Shown here: in pieces, positions 50,601-59,787 of the stretch
How positions within the stretch are numbered: the first letter of the stretch is position 1
Layout: the number at the start of each line of letters is the position of its first letter
Assembly: GCA_965202665.1 (NCBI GenBank)
Contig: OZ241841.1
Location: 1,824,001 to 1,888,000, forward strand
DNA: 64,000 nucleotides
Source of the DNA: Candidatus Spongiisociaceae bacterium
GTDB lineage: Bacteria > Actinomycetota > Acidimicrobiia > Spongiisociales > Spongiisociaceae
Direction: 5' to 3'
The notes under the pieces: generated by a model
The model's input: only the letters and a program-made list of their open reading frames with translations
Database searches by the model: none
Told to the model about the DNA's origin: nothing
Program-made: the position numbers and the translations under genes

Positions 50601-50697
50601 GGAAAGCGGGGAATACTCCCAGGAGCATCTGGACGAACTGAGCCGCCGCCTGGTGGAAATCGCCCGGCGGCAGGGGGACGCCGGTGCGGACGCGTGA
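47608..50697 (+). CDS. hsdR: Type I R-M restriction subunit
   Basis: PDLVLFVNGIPLVVMEAK, WHTQGSGKS, DEAHRTQYG, FTGTP, RTGFDAP, QTIARVNR. Confidence 0.96.
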   Translation: MDIELAQVEQPARELLERLGWSYLSRSELSRERGDEREVLLKGRLRSALLRLNEWMDSEQADRVIYALEHLEESGMGRNRRVHEYLTYGMPLDVDQPGGRRARTVRFCDFEYPEGGRNEFVVTTQFRVSRGENVVPDLVLFVNGIPLVVMEAKRPDLLWRREEAVKQLRRYQEADLNFRGRGAPELFHYNLLCVAHSGAEASYAGLYAPEIDYFEWKSIHPFHEDEVRSRFGVEPRGQAQLIIGLLSPSVLLDILRDYVVYEHRGGKLVKKLPRYQQYRAVREALGRIRRGGSPQERGGIVWHTQGSGKSLTMLWLATKLRRSARLGDLDNPAILIITDRTQLDRQITDTFNRCGFSAPEQAKSTRDLRRLLTSGVGRTVMTTIQKFEEVLQEDDGRAEALNPAANVVVMVDEAHRTQYGILAARMSQALPNAVLIGFTGTPIDKGFERSTRRRFGELIDSYTIPQSVADGATVPIRYELRKPELSVVGPDALDRLFNRLFGDLTDDEQAQIRRRYANRESLAEAERRIQMIAEDIAGHFIDHIRPNRFRGQVVAPSRAAALQYARHLRDFGIPETYPIITVTPGDGAEYNQVRDLNQEQLVKAFVEDEDGPGVPEILVVVDKLRTGFDAPREQVLYLDKGVREHDLLQTIARVNRRFSHHADGVSTEKTYGLIVDYHGVSQELEKALAGFEWGEVSEAMEPLETGDEIGEVIEEAAARAERWFRGKDLDDTWECVLMFAPDAETEGEFKIDLYQRFNQDYRHFAYLMDRFLPDPRALAYRDRLSRLTVVRSYVRAQYMREDAELDWTDIGAKAKKLVDERIDAVVKELMKPISILHPDFERTMAGLPGERVRASLMEHALRAEINRRFGENPAFYQKLSELLKEVIGQLRQGTLDDLEACRRMGEMAGRMEEEGDIAARLELTRRGYAYYGLLLAEPDEPTRAAGDLGEHQEEFEEEMVKLAGRLDEAVEKHAAIIEWRDKPDVQREMRRDVKRILRESGEYSQEHLDELSRRLVEIARRQGDAGADA

Positions 50698-51421
50698 CCG
50701 GGTGCGTTACGGCGGGTCGGTCATCGAATACGAGATCCGGCGCAGCCCCCGCCGCCGTAAAACTATCCAGTTGGCGGTTGACGGGGGCGGGGTGTCGGTG
50801 ACCGCCCCGATGGAAGCCGGCGACGAATATCTGAAGGCGTTCGTGCGGCAACGGGCCGACTGGATCATCCGCCGCTCCTCGGACGCTGCGGCTTTGCGGG
50901 CCGCCCCCAAGCGGTTCGTGAGCGGGGAAACCGTGCCCTACCTGGGGCGGAACATGCGGATGATCGTGTCGGAGGCGGAGGAAGGGGAGCGGTCGCCGCA
51001 GGTGCGGTTCGACCATTGGAGGCTGCGGATAGCGGTTCCCCCCGGTTGGGAGGGGGAGGAGCGGACGGAGCGGGTGCGGTCGGCGGTGACCGACTGGTTT
51101 CGGGGGCGGGCGGAAGCGCGGGTGCCGCCGGTGGTGGACCGCTGGTGGCCGCAGTTCGGGCGGGGGGAGCGGTCGGCGGTGCTGATCCGCAACCAGCGCA
51201 AACGGTGGGCCAGCTGCGGGGCGGACGGCACGTTGCGTTTCAACTGGCGGGTGGTGATGGTCCCCCCGCCGCTTCTGGAATACGTGGTGGTGCACGAGTT
51301 GGCCCACCTGGTGGTCCGCAACCATTCCGCCGACTTCTGGAACCTGGTAACCGGAGCCATCCCCGACGCCCCCGCCCGCCGTCGCCGCCTAAGGGAAACC
51401 ACCCCCCACCTCCCCTTCTAA
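50684..51421 (+). CDS. YgjP/DUF45 (M48-like) metalloprotease-fold protein coupled to hsdR
   Basis: WASC, FNWR, YVVVHELAH...NHS..FW; overlaps the hsdR end. Confidence 0.9.
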   Translation: MRTRDRVRYGGSVIEYEIRRSPRRRKTIQLAVDGGGVSVTAPMEAGDEYLKAFVRQRADWIIRRSSDAAALRAAPKRFVSGETVPYLGRNMRMIVSEAEEGERSPQVRFDHWRLRIAVPPGWEGEERTERVRSAVTDWFRGRAEARVPPVVDRWWPQFGRGERSAVLIRNQRKRWASCGADGTLRFNWRVVMVPPPLLEYVVVHELAHLVVRNHSADFWNLVTGAIPDAPARRRRLRETTPHLPF

Positions 51422-51467
51422 ACCCCTAAGGTTTCCGTTATTTCTGGGAACGGTCTAGAGTGGGGAC

Positions 51468-52679
51468 ATGAGCACCTACACAAGCTACCTTCCCAAGTTG
51501 GATAGCCGCGAGTCGTACATGGACTATCTGGAAGGCTATTTGACGCTGGAAACTTTTGGGCAACCCGAGGCGGGGCGAAGCCCTCTTAAAACGTATATGT
51601 TGGAAACCGCTCGCGGCGAGCGGAGGGAGCGTTCCTTGGCGGAATCCTTTTCTAACGGTATACGTCTGGATGCTATCGACGAAGCGTTGTACGAAGTCTG
51701 GGATAATGAGAACCATCCAGGCGAAATAGTTGGGCTAATTGAGGTTGCAGAAGAGCGCCATCCTGTGTTCTATACTGCTTTTAAATCCGATGAAAGCAAT
51801 AATTGGATAAGTAAAAATGTGGATCAAACCCCTTGGCTTGACAGAATGTGGCTATCTTCGCACATTTTATCCCATATATGGAATCATACACGGAAAGTAT
51901 CTGATCCTGCACGCTATGTTGGATTTGGCTTCGAGCACGAATCTAAATACGAAATGTTAAGTGATGCATCACAATATGAAGATATGGAGATAGGTGAAGG
52001 ATATGAATCACCAGCACCAGATCGTCGAAAAGCAAGGGTATATATCACTGAAAGGCTTGATGTTTTGTCTGACAAATTAGAAAAATTTACTAAATTGTAT
52101 GATCCCTTGCATTCTTTAGTGCAGCTACAAATACCCTCCGATAGTAAAGGAGGTCATCGCTTACATTACGATGGTAGGGCCATAAATCTTAGCGACTCTT
52201 TTTTGGAACATCGTTCTAAAATTATGAGTATAGTGAAGTTGTATAAGAATCTAACAGAAACGGCAGAGGACAAACTGTGGCTAGGCACTACTGATGTTGA
52301 TGGCGGTGGTTTTAGGATGGATGGTGAGCCTATAACAATTCAATTTGAACAAGAACTGTCAGAAGAAACATTCAATAAATTTATAACCTATGGATTACAA
52401 CGCAGGAATAGCATTTTGAGAATAGGTGGTTATCTTCATAATCGCGGGCCGAGGAAAATTCATATGTCTGCTATCGACAGACATTTATGGCAACCTTTTC
52501 TCCTCGAAGCAACAACAAAACATATTATGGTTTTATTACCGCGAGGTACGTGTGGTAACACTATTCACCGTCTTGTTACATATGTGCAACGTTTCATATC
52601 GCCCAAAATAAGCGTGTGGTTGGGAGGCGAATCATATAAAGATGCAGTTGGTTTAGCTAGTAAAGGAAACAGAAAATGA
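51468..52679 (+). CDS. AT-rich hypothetical protein (candidate defence gene A)
   Basis: 403-aa ORF; C-terminal LPRGTCGNTIHRL; no family recognised. Confidence 0.8.
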   Translation: MSTYTSYLPKLDSRESYMDYLEGYLTLETFGQPEAGRSPLKTYMLETARGERRERSLAESFSNGIRLDAIDEALYEVWDNENHPGEIVGLIEVAEERHPVFYTAFKSDESNNWISKNVDQTPWLDRMWLSSHILSHIWNHTRKVSDPARYVGFGFEHESKYEMLSDASQYEDMEIGEGYESPAPDRRKARVYITERLDVLSDKLEKFTKLYDPLHSLVQLQIPSDSKGGHRLHYDGRAINLSDSFLEHRSKIMSIVKLYKNLTETAEDKLWLGTTDVDGGGFRMDGEPITIQFEQELSEETFNKFITYGLQRRNSILRIGGYLHNRGPRKIHMSAIDRHLWQPFLLEATTKHIMVLLPRGTCGNTIHRLVTYVQRFISPKISVWLGGESYKDAVGLASKGNRK

Positions 52680-53773
52680 GCGATTCTATTCAGTTGATTG
52701 ATGATCCTGCTCAATTGCTTAGTGATCCTGTTTTTCAACTAAATATGGTTATTTGGTCTGTGAAAGATTTACCTAAAGATGGTAACTCACAGATAAACCC
52801 ATTTCTTAAGGAGGCAGGTTATTATATCGTTGCCCTTAACCGGAGAATTCTACTAACGGAGATTGGTGATAGGAGTTCTTTTTTTGAATTAGTACCAGAT
52901 TGGAGTCCTCCTGTTCCAGATGTATGGTTGAGGCATGAAAGTGATAATTTTGATCTAATATTAGAATTAAAGTCGCGTGGTTTTGGAGAAAAATCTTCAA
53001 AAAAAATAAAGCAAATTTATAAAATGTTGGCTGCGTCGTTCGACCTGTCCTCTTCTATTGGTATCAAAGATAGGAAACCTGGATTTTTTATTATTATGAC
53101 TTTACATAAAGATGCCGACAAAATGACAGACACTCTAAATTTGTTGAAGTCGACATTAGAGGAAGTGCAGATTTCGTCCGCGCCTGTAGCTGTTATAGGT
53201 CTTGATCATAGTCAAAATAATTGGCTGTGGAATAGTCTTAATCCTTCCACTTTACCTAAACCTTTATGCAAGGGTTTATCCCAACCTGTTACTGTACTGA
53301 GATCCATGGGACATATAGAAGATATCATTCCAATGTACTTTATACCTTGGCTTCCAGAAGTTGATGACGAATCTTCACCCCTTATTTCAGATGGTTTGGC
53401 TGTATTGACTGGGCGCGTGTTATCTTATGTTCAAAAGGAAATAAAAAATGCCGAACCTCCTGTCATGCTATCATTGAGAGCAGATTCTCTGCTCCAAGAA
53501 GCCACTTATGGTGTATTTAACCATTGGAAAGGTAAGGATAGAAAAAATTTTACAAAAAAGGTAATAAATATTATATCAAAAAATATTAATGCCATTAGTA
53601 TTTCCTATAAGAGCGATAAGGAAGTAGGTATTGAAATTAAAACAGAATCTATCCGTGAAGATATTTTGAAAGAATTGGAACGCGTTGAAATTAATAGCTT
53701 TGATAAGAACCTTGAGGGTGCTAGCTCGTCTGTACAGCCACATTTATTTGGTAGCATGGAATGGGAGGGATAG
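52676..53773 (+). CDS. AT-rich protein with PD-(D/E)xK-like motif (candidate defence gene B)
   Basis: ATGA overlap; PDVWL...LELKS...KQ. Confidence 0.75.
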   Translation: MSDSIQLIDDPAQLLSDPVFQLNMVIWSVKDLPKDGNSQINPFLKEAGYYIVALNRRILLTEIGDRSSFFELVPDWSPPVPDVWLRHESDNFDLILELKSRGFGEKSSKKIKQIYKMLAASFDLSSSIGIKDRKPGFFIIMTLHKDADKMTDTLNLLKSTLEEVQISSAPVAVIGLDHSQNNWLWNSLNPSTLPKPLCKGLSQPVTVLRSMGHIEDIIPMYFIPWLPEVDDESSPLISDGLAVLTGRVLSYVQKEIKNAEPPVMLSLRADSLLQEATYGVFNHWKGKDRKNFTKKVINIISKNINAISISYKSDKEVGIEIKTESIREDILKELERVEINSFDKNLEGASSSVQPHLFGSMEWEG

Positions 53774-53825
53774 TGGAGTGGATGATTTCTGCTAGTTGGG
53801 TTAGTTGGCAAGGAGGCGAAGCGAT

Positions 53826-54119
53826 ATGACAACTTCAGCAACTAGGTCGGAGGTGCGGACTATTACGGCCTCTGAGTTCCGAGCCAAGTGTTTGGCCTTG
53901 ATAGATGAGGTGGCGGAGACCGGTGAGGAGATACTGATCACCAAGCGGGGTAAACCGGTGGCGCGGCTGACCGCCTATTGGGAAAGGCCCAAAACTCTCT
54001 ATGGTAAATATCGAGGTCAGATCAAAATCTATGGCGACCTTGATGAGTTGGATGATGAAGGTTGGGAGGAGGAGGTCCTGAGCAAATGGGATGAACGGCT
54101 TGCCTCGCCATCCCCCTAA
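53826..54119 (+). CDS. Phd/YefM antitoxin (orphan copy)
   Basis: ASEFRAKCLALIDEV..TGEEILITKRGKPVARL; SD AAGGAGG. Confidence 0.9.
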   Translation: MTTSATRSEVRTITASEFRAKCLALIDEVAETGEEILITKRGKPVARLTAYWERPKTLYGKYRGQIKIYGDLDELDDEGWEEEVLSKWDERLASPSP

Positions 54120-54120
54120 T

Positions 54121-54149
54121 TTGACTATGGTCATGACCATGGTTATAAT
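54121..54149 (+). promoter_or_regulatory. TA promoter containing two tandem palindromic operators
   Basis: TTGACT-N17-TATAAT overlapping TGACTATGGTCA and TGACCATGGTTA. Confidence 0.75.
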
Positions 54150-54183
54150 ATAGATAGTCGGCACAGAAGCGAAAGGAAAACGA

Positions 54184-54465
54184 ATGACAACTTTAACCGC
54201 TGAGTCGCAGGTTAGGACCATCTCGGCCTCTGAGTTTAAGGCCAAGTGCTTGGGGTTGATGGACGAGGTGGCGGAGACCGGTGAGGAGATCGTGATCACC
54301 AAGCGGGGCAACCCGGTGGCGCGGTTGGTCCCGTCGCGGGAAAGGTTCAAGGCTCCGTTCGGTTTTTACAAGGATCGGATGGAAATTCTAGGAGACATCA
54401 TAAGCCCGATTGACGACATGGAATGGGAGGAGGAATGGCTCAAGCAATGGGATGAATTGATGTGA
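54184..54465 (+). CDS. Phd/YefM antitoxin
   Basis: ASEFKAKCLGLMDEV..TGEEIVITKRGNPVARL; overlaps the toxin gene. Confidence 0.92.
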   Translation: MTTLTAESQVRTISASEFKAKCLGLMDEVAETGEEIVITKRGNPVARLVPSRERFKAPFGFYKDRMEILGDIISPIDDMEWEEEWLKQWDELM

Positions 54466-54863
54466 CCCTGCTAGACACGCATGTTCTTCTTTGGTTGATG
54501 TCGGATAACCCTAGGCTGGCCCAAGATGTTCGAAAGATGATTGAACGGTCTTGGAGTGAGGGCGAGGCAGTTGCATCGGCGATATCTTTTTGGGAGATGG
54601 CGATGTCGCAACAAAAGGGGCGACTCAGAATAATGGTTGAAATTGGACAGGTCCGCGAGAATTTTTTGCGGCAGGGGCTGAAGGAGATTGCCGTGAGCGG
54701 TGAGATCGGCATTAGGGCCGTGTCGTTGCCTGATTTTCATAAAGATCCGGCTGACCGGCTGATTGTCGCCACTGCGTTGGAGGGGGACCATCGGCTGGTT
54801 ACGGCGGATGGGAAGATTCTGGCTTGGCCGGGGCCGTTGCGGCGTTTGCCCGCCGGGGTTTAG
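54462..54863 (+). CDS. vapC: PIN-domain toxin (VapC)
   Basis: LLDTHVLLW, SAISFWE, HKDPADRLIVATA, LVTAD. Confidence 0.92.
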   Translation: MTLLDTHVLLWLMSDNPRLAQDVRKMIERSWSEGEAVASAISFWEMAMSQQKGRLRIMVEIGQVRENFLRQGLKEIAVSGEIGIRAVSLPDFHKDPADRLIVATALEGDHRLVTADGKILAWPGPLRRLPAGV

Positions 54864-56497
54864 CGGGCGGGGGCGGAAAGCAGGACTCCGGTGGTGTCCG
54901 GGAAGGTGGGGACGGCGTCCGGGTCTCCCTGGTCGCCGAGGCGGGTGTCTATTTCTATTACCGGGAACTCGTCGAAGACGCCGGGGCGGGGGCGGAGGTA
55001 GAGCGTTTCCACATCGCCCGGGAACTCGAAGTCCAAGGATCCGCGTAGCGGTTCGCCGGGGGAGAAGTCGCCGGACAGAATCCCCAGCGGGAAAAAACAT
55101 TGCGAATGCTTGAACTCGCACAGTTGGAATACGGGCCAGCCGTCGAAGAAGCCGCTTTGGCCGTCGGCCGACTCCACCAAGGCGTAAATCGAAACAATCC
55201 GAAAATCGGGGACGCCCTCCTCCATTTCCTCAGTCGAATCGAAGTAGATCACCGATTCGATGGAAAACCGCAACCGGTCGTTGACCAGGACATCGTCCAC
55301 TCCCGCCACTGACAGGCTGGGGTAGCCGGCGGTTTTTCCCTGCGCGCCCCGCCGGGCGTCGAACTCAAAAATCCCGTAGAAACCGTTGAAGGTGTTTTCC
55401 ACGGTCAGATAGACGATGGAAGCCTCCTCCGGAATCAGAAACCCGGCGGTGCCGCGAAACGGTTGGCCGTCGCCGACTTCCCCATCCAGGCCGGTTCCCG
55501 CAAACGACTGTTCCTGCCAGCGGAAGCCGTCCGGGGTGCGCGCTTCGATGAACAGGTCGTCCAAGTTTTCCAGAAAGCCGGAAGTCACCTCCGCCGATCC
55601 GAAAACTTTCAGATGCCGCATGCCGGGCGGGGGCTTATTGCCCAAATCGTCCACCTCCGGGAAGTCCGCTCCCTCCATGGCGAACCGCAGGCTGAAATCA
55701 AAATCCTCGACTATGAACGAATCCCCCACCCGAAACGTTTCACTGGGAACGAAGACGGGGTCGGAGCCCGGCTCTCCGAACGGGCCCCGTTCGGGGCGGA
55801 CCATGAACCGGCGGCGCCGCACCGGAATGTCCCGGTCGGGAATGACCGGTTCCAGATTCACCGACAACACCACTTCGTCCGCCTCCTCTGGAATCTGGAA
55901 CCCGGCGGTCCCCCTCACCGGCAGGCCGGGCAACAACGAACCGTCCAGGGAAGAATCGTAGGGGTCGAAAGTGTCGTACCAGCGTTGCCCGCCCCCGGTG
56001 GTCACCTCCAAATCTTGCCAGGGCAGGAAAACCTGCGGGGAGTCGGTGAGGTTCTCCACCAGCAGGTGAAACCGGATGTGCCGCAGGCCGGGGCGGGGAG
56101 GGTCGCCGTTTACGTCCGACTCCGGGTAGGTGACCGCCTCCAGTTGCACCCGCACCACCGGGCCTCCGTCGGACGGCGCCGCGGGGAGAATCAGGGTCTC
56201 CGGCGGGGGCTCCAGCGGAACCTCTTCCGGCGGGATGGCGGAGGAGGAGGGCGGGCCGTCCGGTTCGGCGCCGGTCGGGGGCGGGTCGGACGGTTCGGGG
56301 GCGGCGGAGGGCGGTGAGGTTCCGCCGGGGCCGGGATCGGCTCCCGGGTTTTCCGCCGTCGCCGGCGGGGCGGGCGCCTCCGTTGCGGCCGGGTCGGCGG
56401 CTTCCCCCCCGCACGAGGCGACGGACAGGGCCAGCAACCCCGCAAGGGCCGTCCCCATCGCTACTCTGGCGGCGGCGGATGCGGTCACCCCCCGCAT
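54860..56497 (-). CDS. Lipoprotein with Pro-rich linker and three DUF4352-like Ig-fold repeats
   Basis: Lipobox SVASC; three G..(L/F)..G.P.RG...F..P motifs. Confidence 0.7.
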   Translation of the reverse strand: MRGVTASAAARVAMGTALAGLLALSVASCGGEAADPAATEAPAPPATAENPGADPGPGGTSPPSAAPEPSDPPPTGAEPDGPPSSSAIPPEEVPLEPPPETLILPAAPSDGGPVVRVQLEAVTYPESDVNGDPPRPGLRHIRFHLLVENLTDSPQVFLPWQDLEVTTGGGQRWYDTFDPYDSSLDGSLLPGLPVRGTAGFQIPEEADEVVLSVNLEPVIPDRDIPVRRRRFMVRPERGPFGEPGSDPVFVPSETFRVGDSFIVEDFDFSLRFAMEGADFPEVDDLGNKPPPGMRHLKVFGSAEVTSGFLENLDDLFIEARTPDGFRWQEQSFAGTGLDGEVGDGQPFRGTAGFLIPEEASIVYLTVENTFNGFYGIFEFDARRGAQGKTAGYPSLSVAGVDDVLVNDRLRFSIESVIYFDSTEEMEEGVPDFRIVSIYALVESADGQSGFFDGWPVFQLCEFKHSQCFFPLGILSGDFSPGEPLRGSLDFEFPGDVETLYLRPRPGVFDEFPVIEIDTRLGDQGDPDAVPTFPDTTGVLLSAPAR

Positions 56498-56588
56498 ACT
56501 ATGAAGTCAAGCGTAAAAAGACGGCCCCTCCGCCAGCGGGCTTTCGCCCGTGGAGATTGGACGGCGGAGGGGCCCGGCGTGCGGGCGG

Positions 56589-57770
56589 TCAGACGGCGTG
56601 TTCGTACACCGCCTTCTCGAAGTCCAGGTATCCGCCCACCGAAGTCGGGTCGGCGAAGGGGAAAATCTGGGTGGCCCAGAATCCCCCCACGCCGTTGCTC
56701 CGGTCAATCCAGTAGTAAAGGTTGGCCAAACCCGCCCAAGCCAGCGAACCGGCCAGGCGGCCGGTGGGGGCGTCCTCCTCGTTGATCATAAAAGTCAACG
56801 CCCAAGACTTGGGCATGCCCGGGAAAAACTCGGCGTAGTTGGAAAGGGTCGGGATAACCCCGGGGAGTCCTTTGATTTTCATATCCCCTTCCAGGCCGTT
56901 GCGCTCCGCCATCTCCACGGTTTTCCCGTCCAGCACCGGTCCCTTCGGCCCCATCCCGTCGTTCAGCCACATCCGGATGAAACGGCAATAGTCTTCGGCG
57001 GTGGAATAGAGGCCGTGGCCGGCCATATGCACCTCCGGGTCGGACGGCAGTTCGAAGCCCATCGGCTCCAACGACCCGTCATCCCCGCGCTGGTGAATGT
57101 CGGCCAGGCGGCTGCGCATCTCCCCGTTGAGGGTGAAAGAAGTGGAGTTCATTCCCAACGGTTCCAGAATCCGCTCGCTCATCACCTCCCCCAGCCTTTT
57201 GCCGGCGATCCCCTCCACCACCTGCCCCGCCCAGTCGATGTTGGAGCCGTACTCCCACTCTTCGCCCGGATCGAACAGCAACGGGGTGGTTAGGGAAGCC
57301 TTGGAGGAGGTTATCACGCTCGGCTGGCCGCGCTCCTCCGCCAGGCGGTTGTAGGTTTCATTGAAAAAGTCGTAACCGAACCCGGCGGTGTGCAGAAGCA
57401 ACATGCGGGTGGTCACATCCCGTTTCGGCGGGCGCAACATCGGGTCGCCGTTCTGATCGAACCCGTCCAGAACCTGCAAGTCGCCGATTTCGGGAGCGTA
57501 GTTTTTAGCGGGGGCGTCCAAGTCCAGCGAACCGTCCTCCACCAGTTGCAGGCAGGCCGTGCCCGCGATGGCTTTGGTGGTGGAGAAAATGGCGCACACC
57601 GTGTCGGAGGTCATAGCCTCCTCCCCGCCCAAAACCCTCGTCCCGGCCGCTCCCCGGTAAATGTCCCCTTCCCGATCGGCGGCCACCGCCGTCACGCCGG
57701 GAACCCGGGGATTTGACTCAACCACCCCCCGCAGGATCGCATCCGCCGCCGTCTGCAAACTGTCGCTCAT
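56589..57770 (-). CDS. Beta-lactamase-family serine hydrolase (esterase)
   Basis: FSTTK (SxxK), [23 protein letters not shown]. Confidence 0.9.
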   Translation of the reverse strand: MSDSLQTAADAILRGVVESNPRVPGVTAVAADREGDIYRGAAGTRVLGGEEAMTSDTVCAIFSTTKAIAGTACLQLVEDGSLDLDAPAKNYAPEIGDLQVLDGFDQNGDPMLRPPKRDVTTRMLLLHTAGFGYDFFNETYNRLAEERGQPSVITSSKASLTTPLLFDPGEEWEYGSNIDWAGQVVEGIAGKRLGEVMSERILEPLGMNSTSFTLNGEMRSRLADIHQRGDDGSLEPMGFELPSDPEVHMAGHGLYSTAEDYCRFIRMWLNDGMGPKGPVLDGKTVEMAERNGLEGDMKIKGLPGVIPTLSNYAEFFPGMPKSWALTFMINEEDAPTGRLAGSLAWAGLANLYYWIDRSNGVGGFWATQIFPFADPTSVGGYLDFEKAVYEHAV

Positions 57771-57883
57771 TGCTTCCTCCTTACTCCGAACAAATAGCGC
57801 ACCGCTCAAAATACCAGCCGGATTTCCGCCGCGCCCCGAAAAAGGCGATTTTTGCAGGGCGGCGGAACGGGGGGCCGGGGGAG

Positions 57884-57978
57884 TGGCGGAGGCGGACGGG
57901 AATCGAACCCGCCGGGGCACTTACGTACCCCCACTGGTTTTGAAGACCAGGGAGCCCACCAGGCGCTCGTTCGCCTCC
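57884..57978 (-). tRNA. selC: tRNA-Sec (anticodon UCA)
   Basis: 95 nt: GGAGGCGA...CTGGT-CTTCAAA-ACCAG, long variable arm, GTTCGATTC, 3' GCCA. Confidence 0.93.
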
Positions 57979-58086
57979 GCTCACAGGATACCGCCCCGGC
58001 GGGCGGCCCGTCCGCGCCTACTAACCTGTTCCCCAGGCCGCCCGGCGCGGGGCGGAACCGGAACGACCAAAGGGGTTTCATCAACA

Positions 58087-58395
58087 GTGACCGCGGACAA
58101 CCGTGACGCAATCGAATCCAACGGCTATCGGATACTGCCCGGCTGGCGGGTGGGGCGCCTGCGGGAAGAGTCGGCCACCCGCTCCGGGTTGCTGGTGCCC
58201 GCCGGAACCGAATCCACCACCGACGCCTTGGCCCTGGTGGACATTGTCACCGGGTTGCGTTTTTGGGCGGTGCCGACCGGGGCGTGGCGGTTTCTGTGGC
58301 CGGACAGCGGACGGGTGGCGGTGGCGGTGCGCGAATCCCAAATCATCGCCGAAGAGCAGGACGGCTCCCCCGCCGATGAGAACTCCTATCTGTAA
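58087..58395 (+). CDS. Small protein with GroES-like motifs
   Basis: EESATRSGLLVP and VRESQIIA; GTG start; 102 aa. Confidence 0.55.
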   Translation: MTADNRDAIESNGYRILPGWRVGRLREESATRSGLLVPAGTESTTDALALVDIVTGLRFWAVPTGAWRFLWPDSGRVAVAVRESQIIAEEQDGSPADENSYL

Positions 58396-58419
58396 GGGCC
58401 CGCGCCGGACGGTGCCCGC

Positions 58420-59739
58420 TTGAGCGCGGCGACCGCCGGGGAAGGGGGGCGGGGGCGCCGCCGCCTCACCGCCACCGTAACCGACTTGGAGGTTCCCCGG
58501 CAACGGGCTTTTCTGGTGGGCGTCGATTTCACCTCCGGCCGGGGGGCCGCGGAGCGGTCGCTGATCGAACTGGCCCTGCTGACCGACACCGCCGGTTCCA
58601 CCCCGGTGGGGGAGGCGATCGTGAAACGGGCCAAACCGGATCCGGCTACTTTCATCGGGGCCGGCCAGGCCGGGGAGGCAGCCCGGGAGGCGGCCGCCCT
58701 GGAAGCGGACGTGGCGGTGTTCGATCATGACCTCACCCCCGGCCAGCAACGCAACCTGCAAGGCCTGTTTAAATGCGACGTGGTGGACCGGGTGGCGGTG
58801 ATCCTGGATATTTTCGCGCAGCACGCCGCCAGCCGGGAAGGGATGCTTCAAGTGGAGTTGGCCCTGTTGCGCTACCACCTGCCCCGGTTGCGCGGCAAAG
58901 GAACCGCCCTCAGCCGGCTGGGGGCGGGCATCGGAACCCGGGGGCCGGGGGAAACCAAACTGGAAACCGACCGGCGGCGGATAATGAGCCGCATCTCCCA
59001 TTTGGAACGGCAGTTGAAAAAAGTGCGGGGGGCGCGGGCCGTGCAACGCAAATCGCGGTCCGCCTCCAGTTTGCCCGTGGCCGCCCTGGTCGGTTACGCC
59101 AACGCAGGCAAATCCACTCTGATGAACGCCCTCACCGACGCCGATGTGAAAGTGGAGGACCGGCTGTTTTCCACAGTGGATTCCACCATCCGCCGTTGCC
59201 CGCTGCCCGGCGGGGGGCGGATTTTGCTGTCGGACACGGTCGGGTTCGTGGAGCGCCTTCCCCACCAGCTGGTGGAGGCTTTCGGAGCCACCCTGTCGGA
59301 GACGGCGGGCGCCGACCTGCTGATTCACGTGGTGGACGCCTCCCATCCCGGGGCGGAGCGGCAGATGGCGGCGGTGCGGGAGGTCCTGCAGGACATCGGG
59401 GCCTCCTCCGTTCCCGAGTTGGTGGTGTTCAACAAGGCCGACGCCGCCGCCGAAGCCGACCTGGGCCGGTTGGAATATCACTTTCCGCAGGGAACGGCCG
59501 TTTCCGCCCGCTACGGAACCGGGTTGGCCGGGTTGCGGGAACTGATCGTCTCCTATCTGGCCAGGGGCTCCGCCTTGTTGGAACTGCTGGTTCCCTATCG
59601 GAACGGGAGCGCCCTGGCCCGGTTGCGCCGCGATGGGGAGGTGCTGAAAGAAAACCATTCGGAGGAGGGAACCAGGGTCAGCGTCCGCCTGCCGCCCGCC
59701 GCCGCCGGCCGCTACCGGCAATACGAAATCAGGGACTGA
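58420..59739 (+). CDS. hflX: GTPase HflX
   Basis: ILDIFAQHA, RGPGETKLETDRR, GYANAGKS, SDTVGF, NKAD. Confidence 0.95.
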   Translation: MSAATAGEGGRGRRRLTATVTDLEVPRQRAFLVGVDFTSGRGAAERSLIELALLTDTAGSTPVGEAIVKRAKPDPATFIGAGQAGEAAREAAALEADVAVFDHDLTPGQQRNLQGLFKCDVVDRVAVILDIFAQHAASREGMLQVELALLRYHLPRLRGKGTALSRLGAGIGTRGPGETKLETDRRRIMSRISHLERQLKKVRGARAVQRKSRSASSLPVAALVGYANAGKSTLMNALTDADVKVEDRLFSTVDSTIRRCPLPGGGRILLSDTVGFVERLPHQLVEAFGATLSETAGADLLIHVVDASHPGAERQMAAVREVLQDIGASSVPELVVFNKADAAAEADLGRLEYHFPQGTAVSARYGTGLAGLRELIVSYLARGSALLELLVPYRNGSALARLRRDGEVLKENHSEEGTRVSVRLPPAAAGRYRQYEIRD

Positions 59740-59787
59740 CGTCCGCTCCCGTCCGGACGCCGCCCGGCGGGGGTTTATCATTGGAGG

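Noticed and set aside
41760-57978. Defence island integrated at selC
   Set aside because: No integrase and no convincing duplicate of the tRNA 3' end (only 9-11 nt chance matches near 6198 and 42422)
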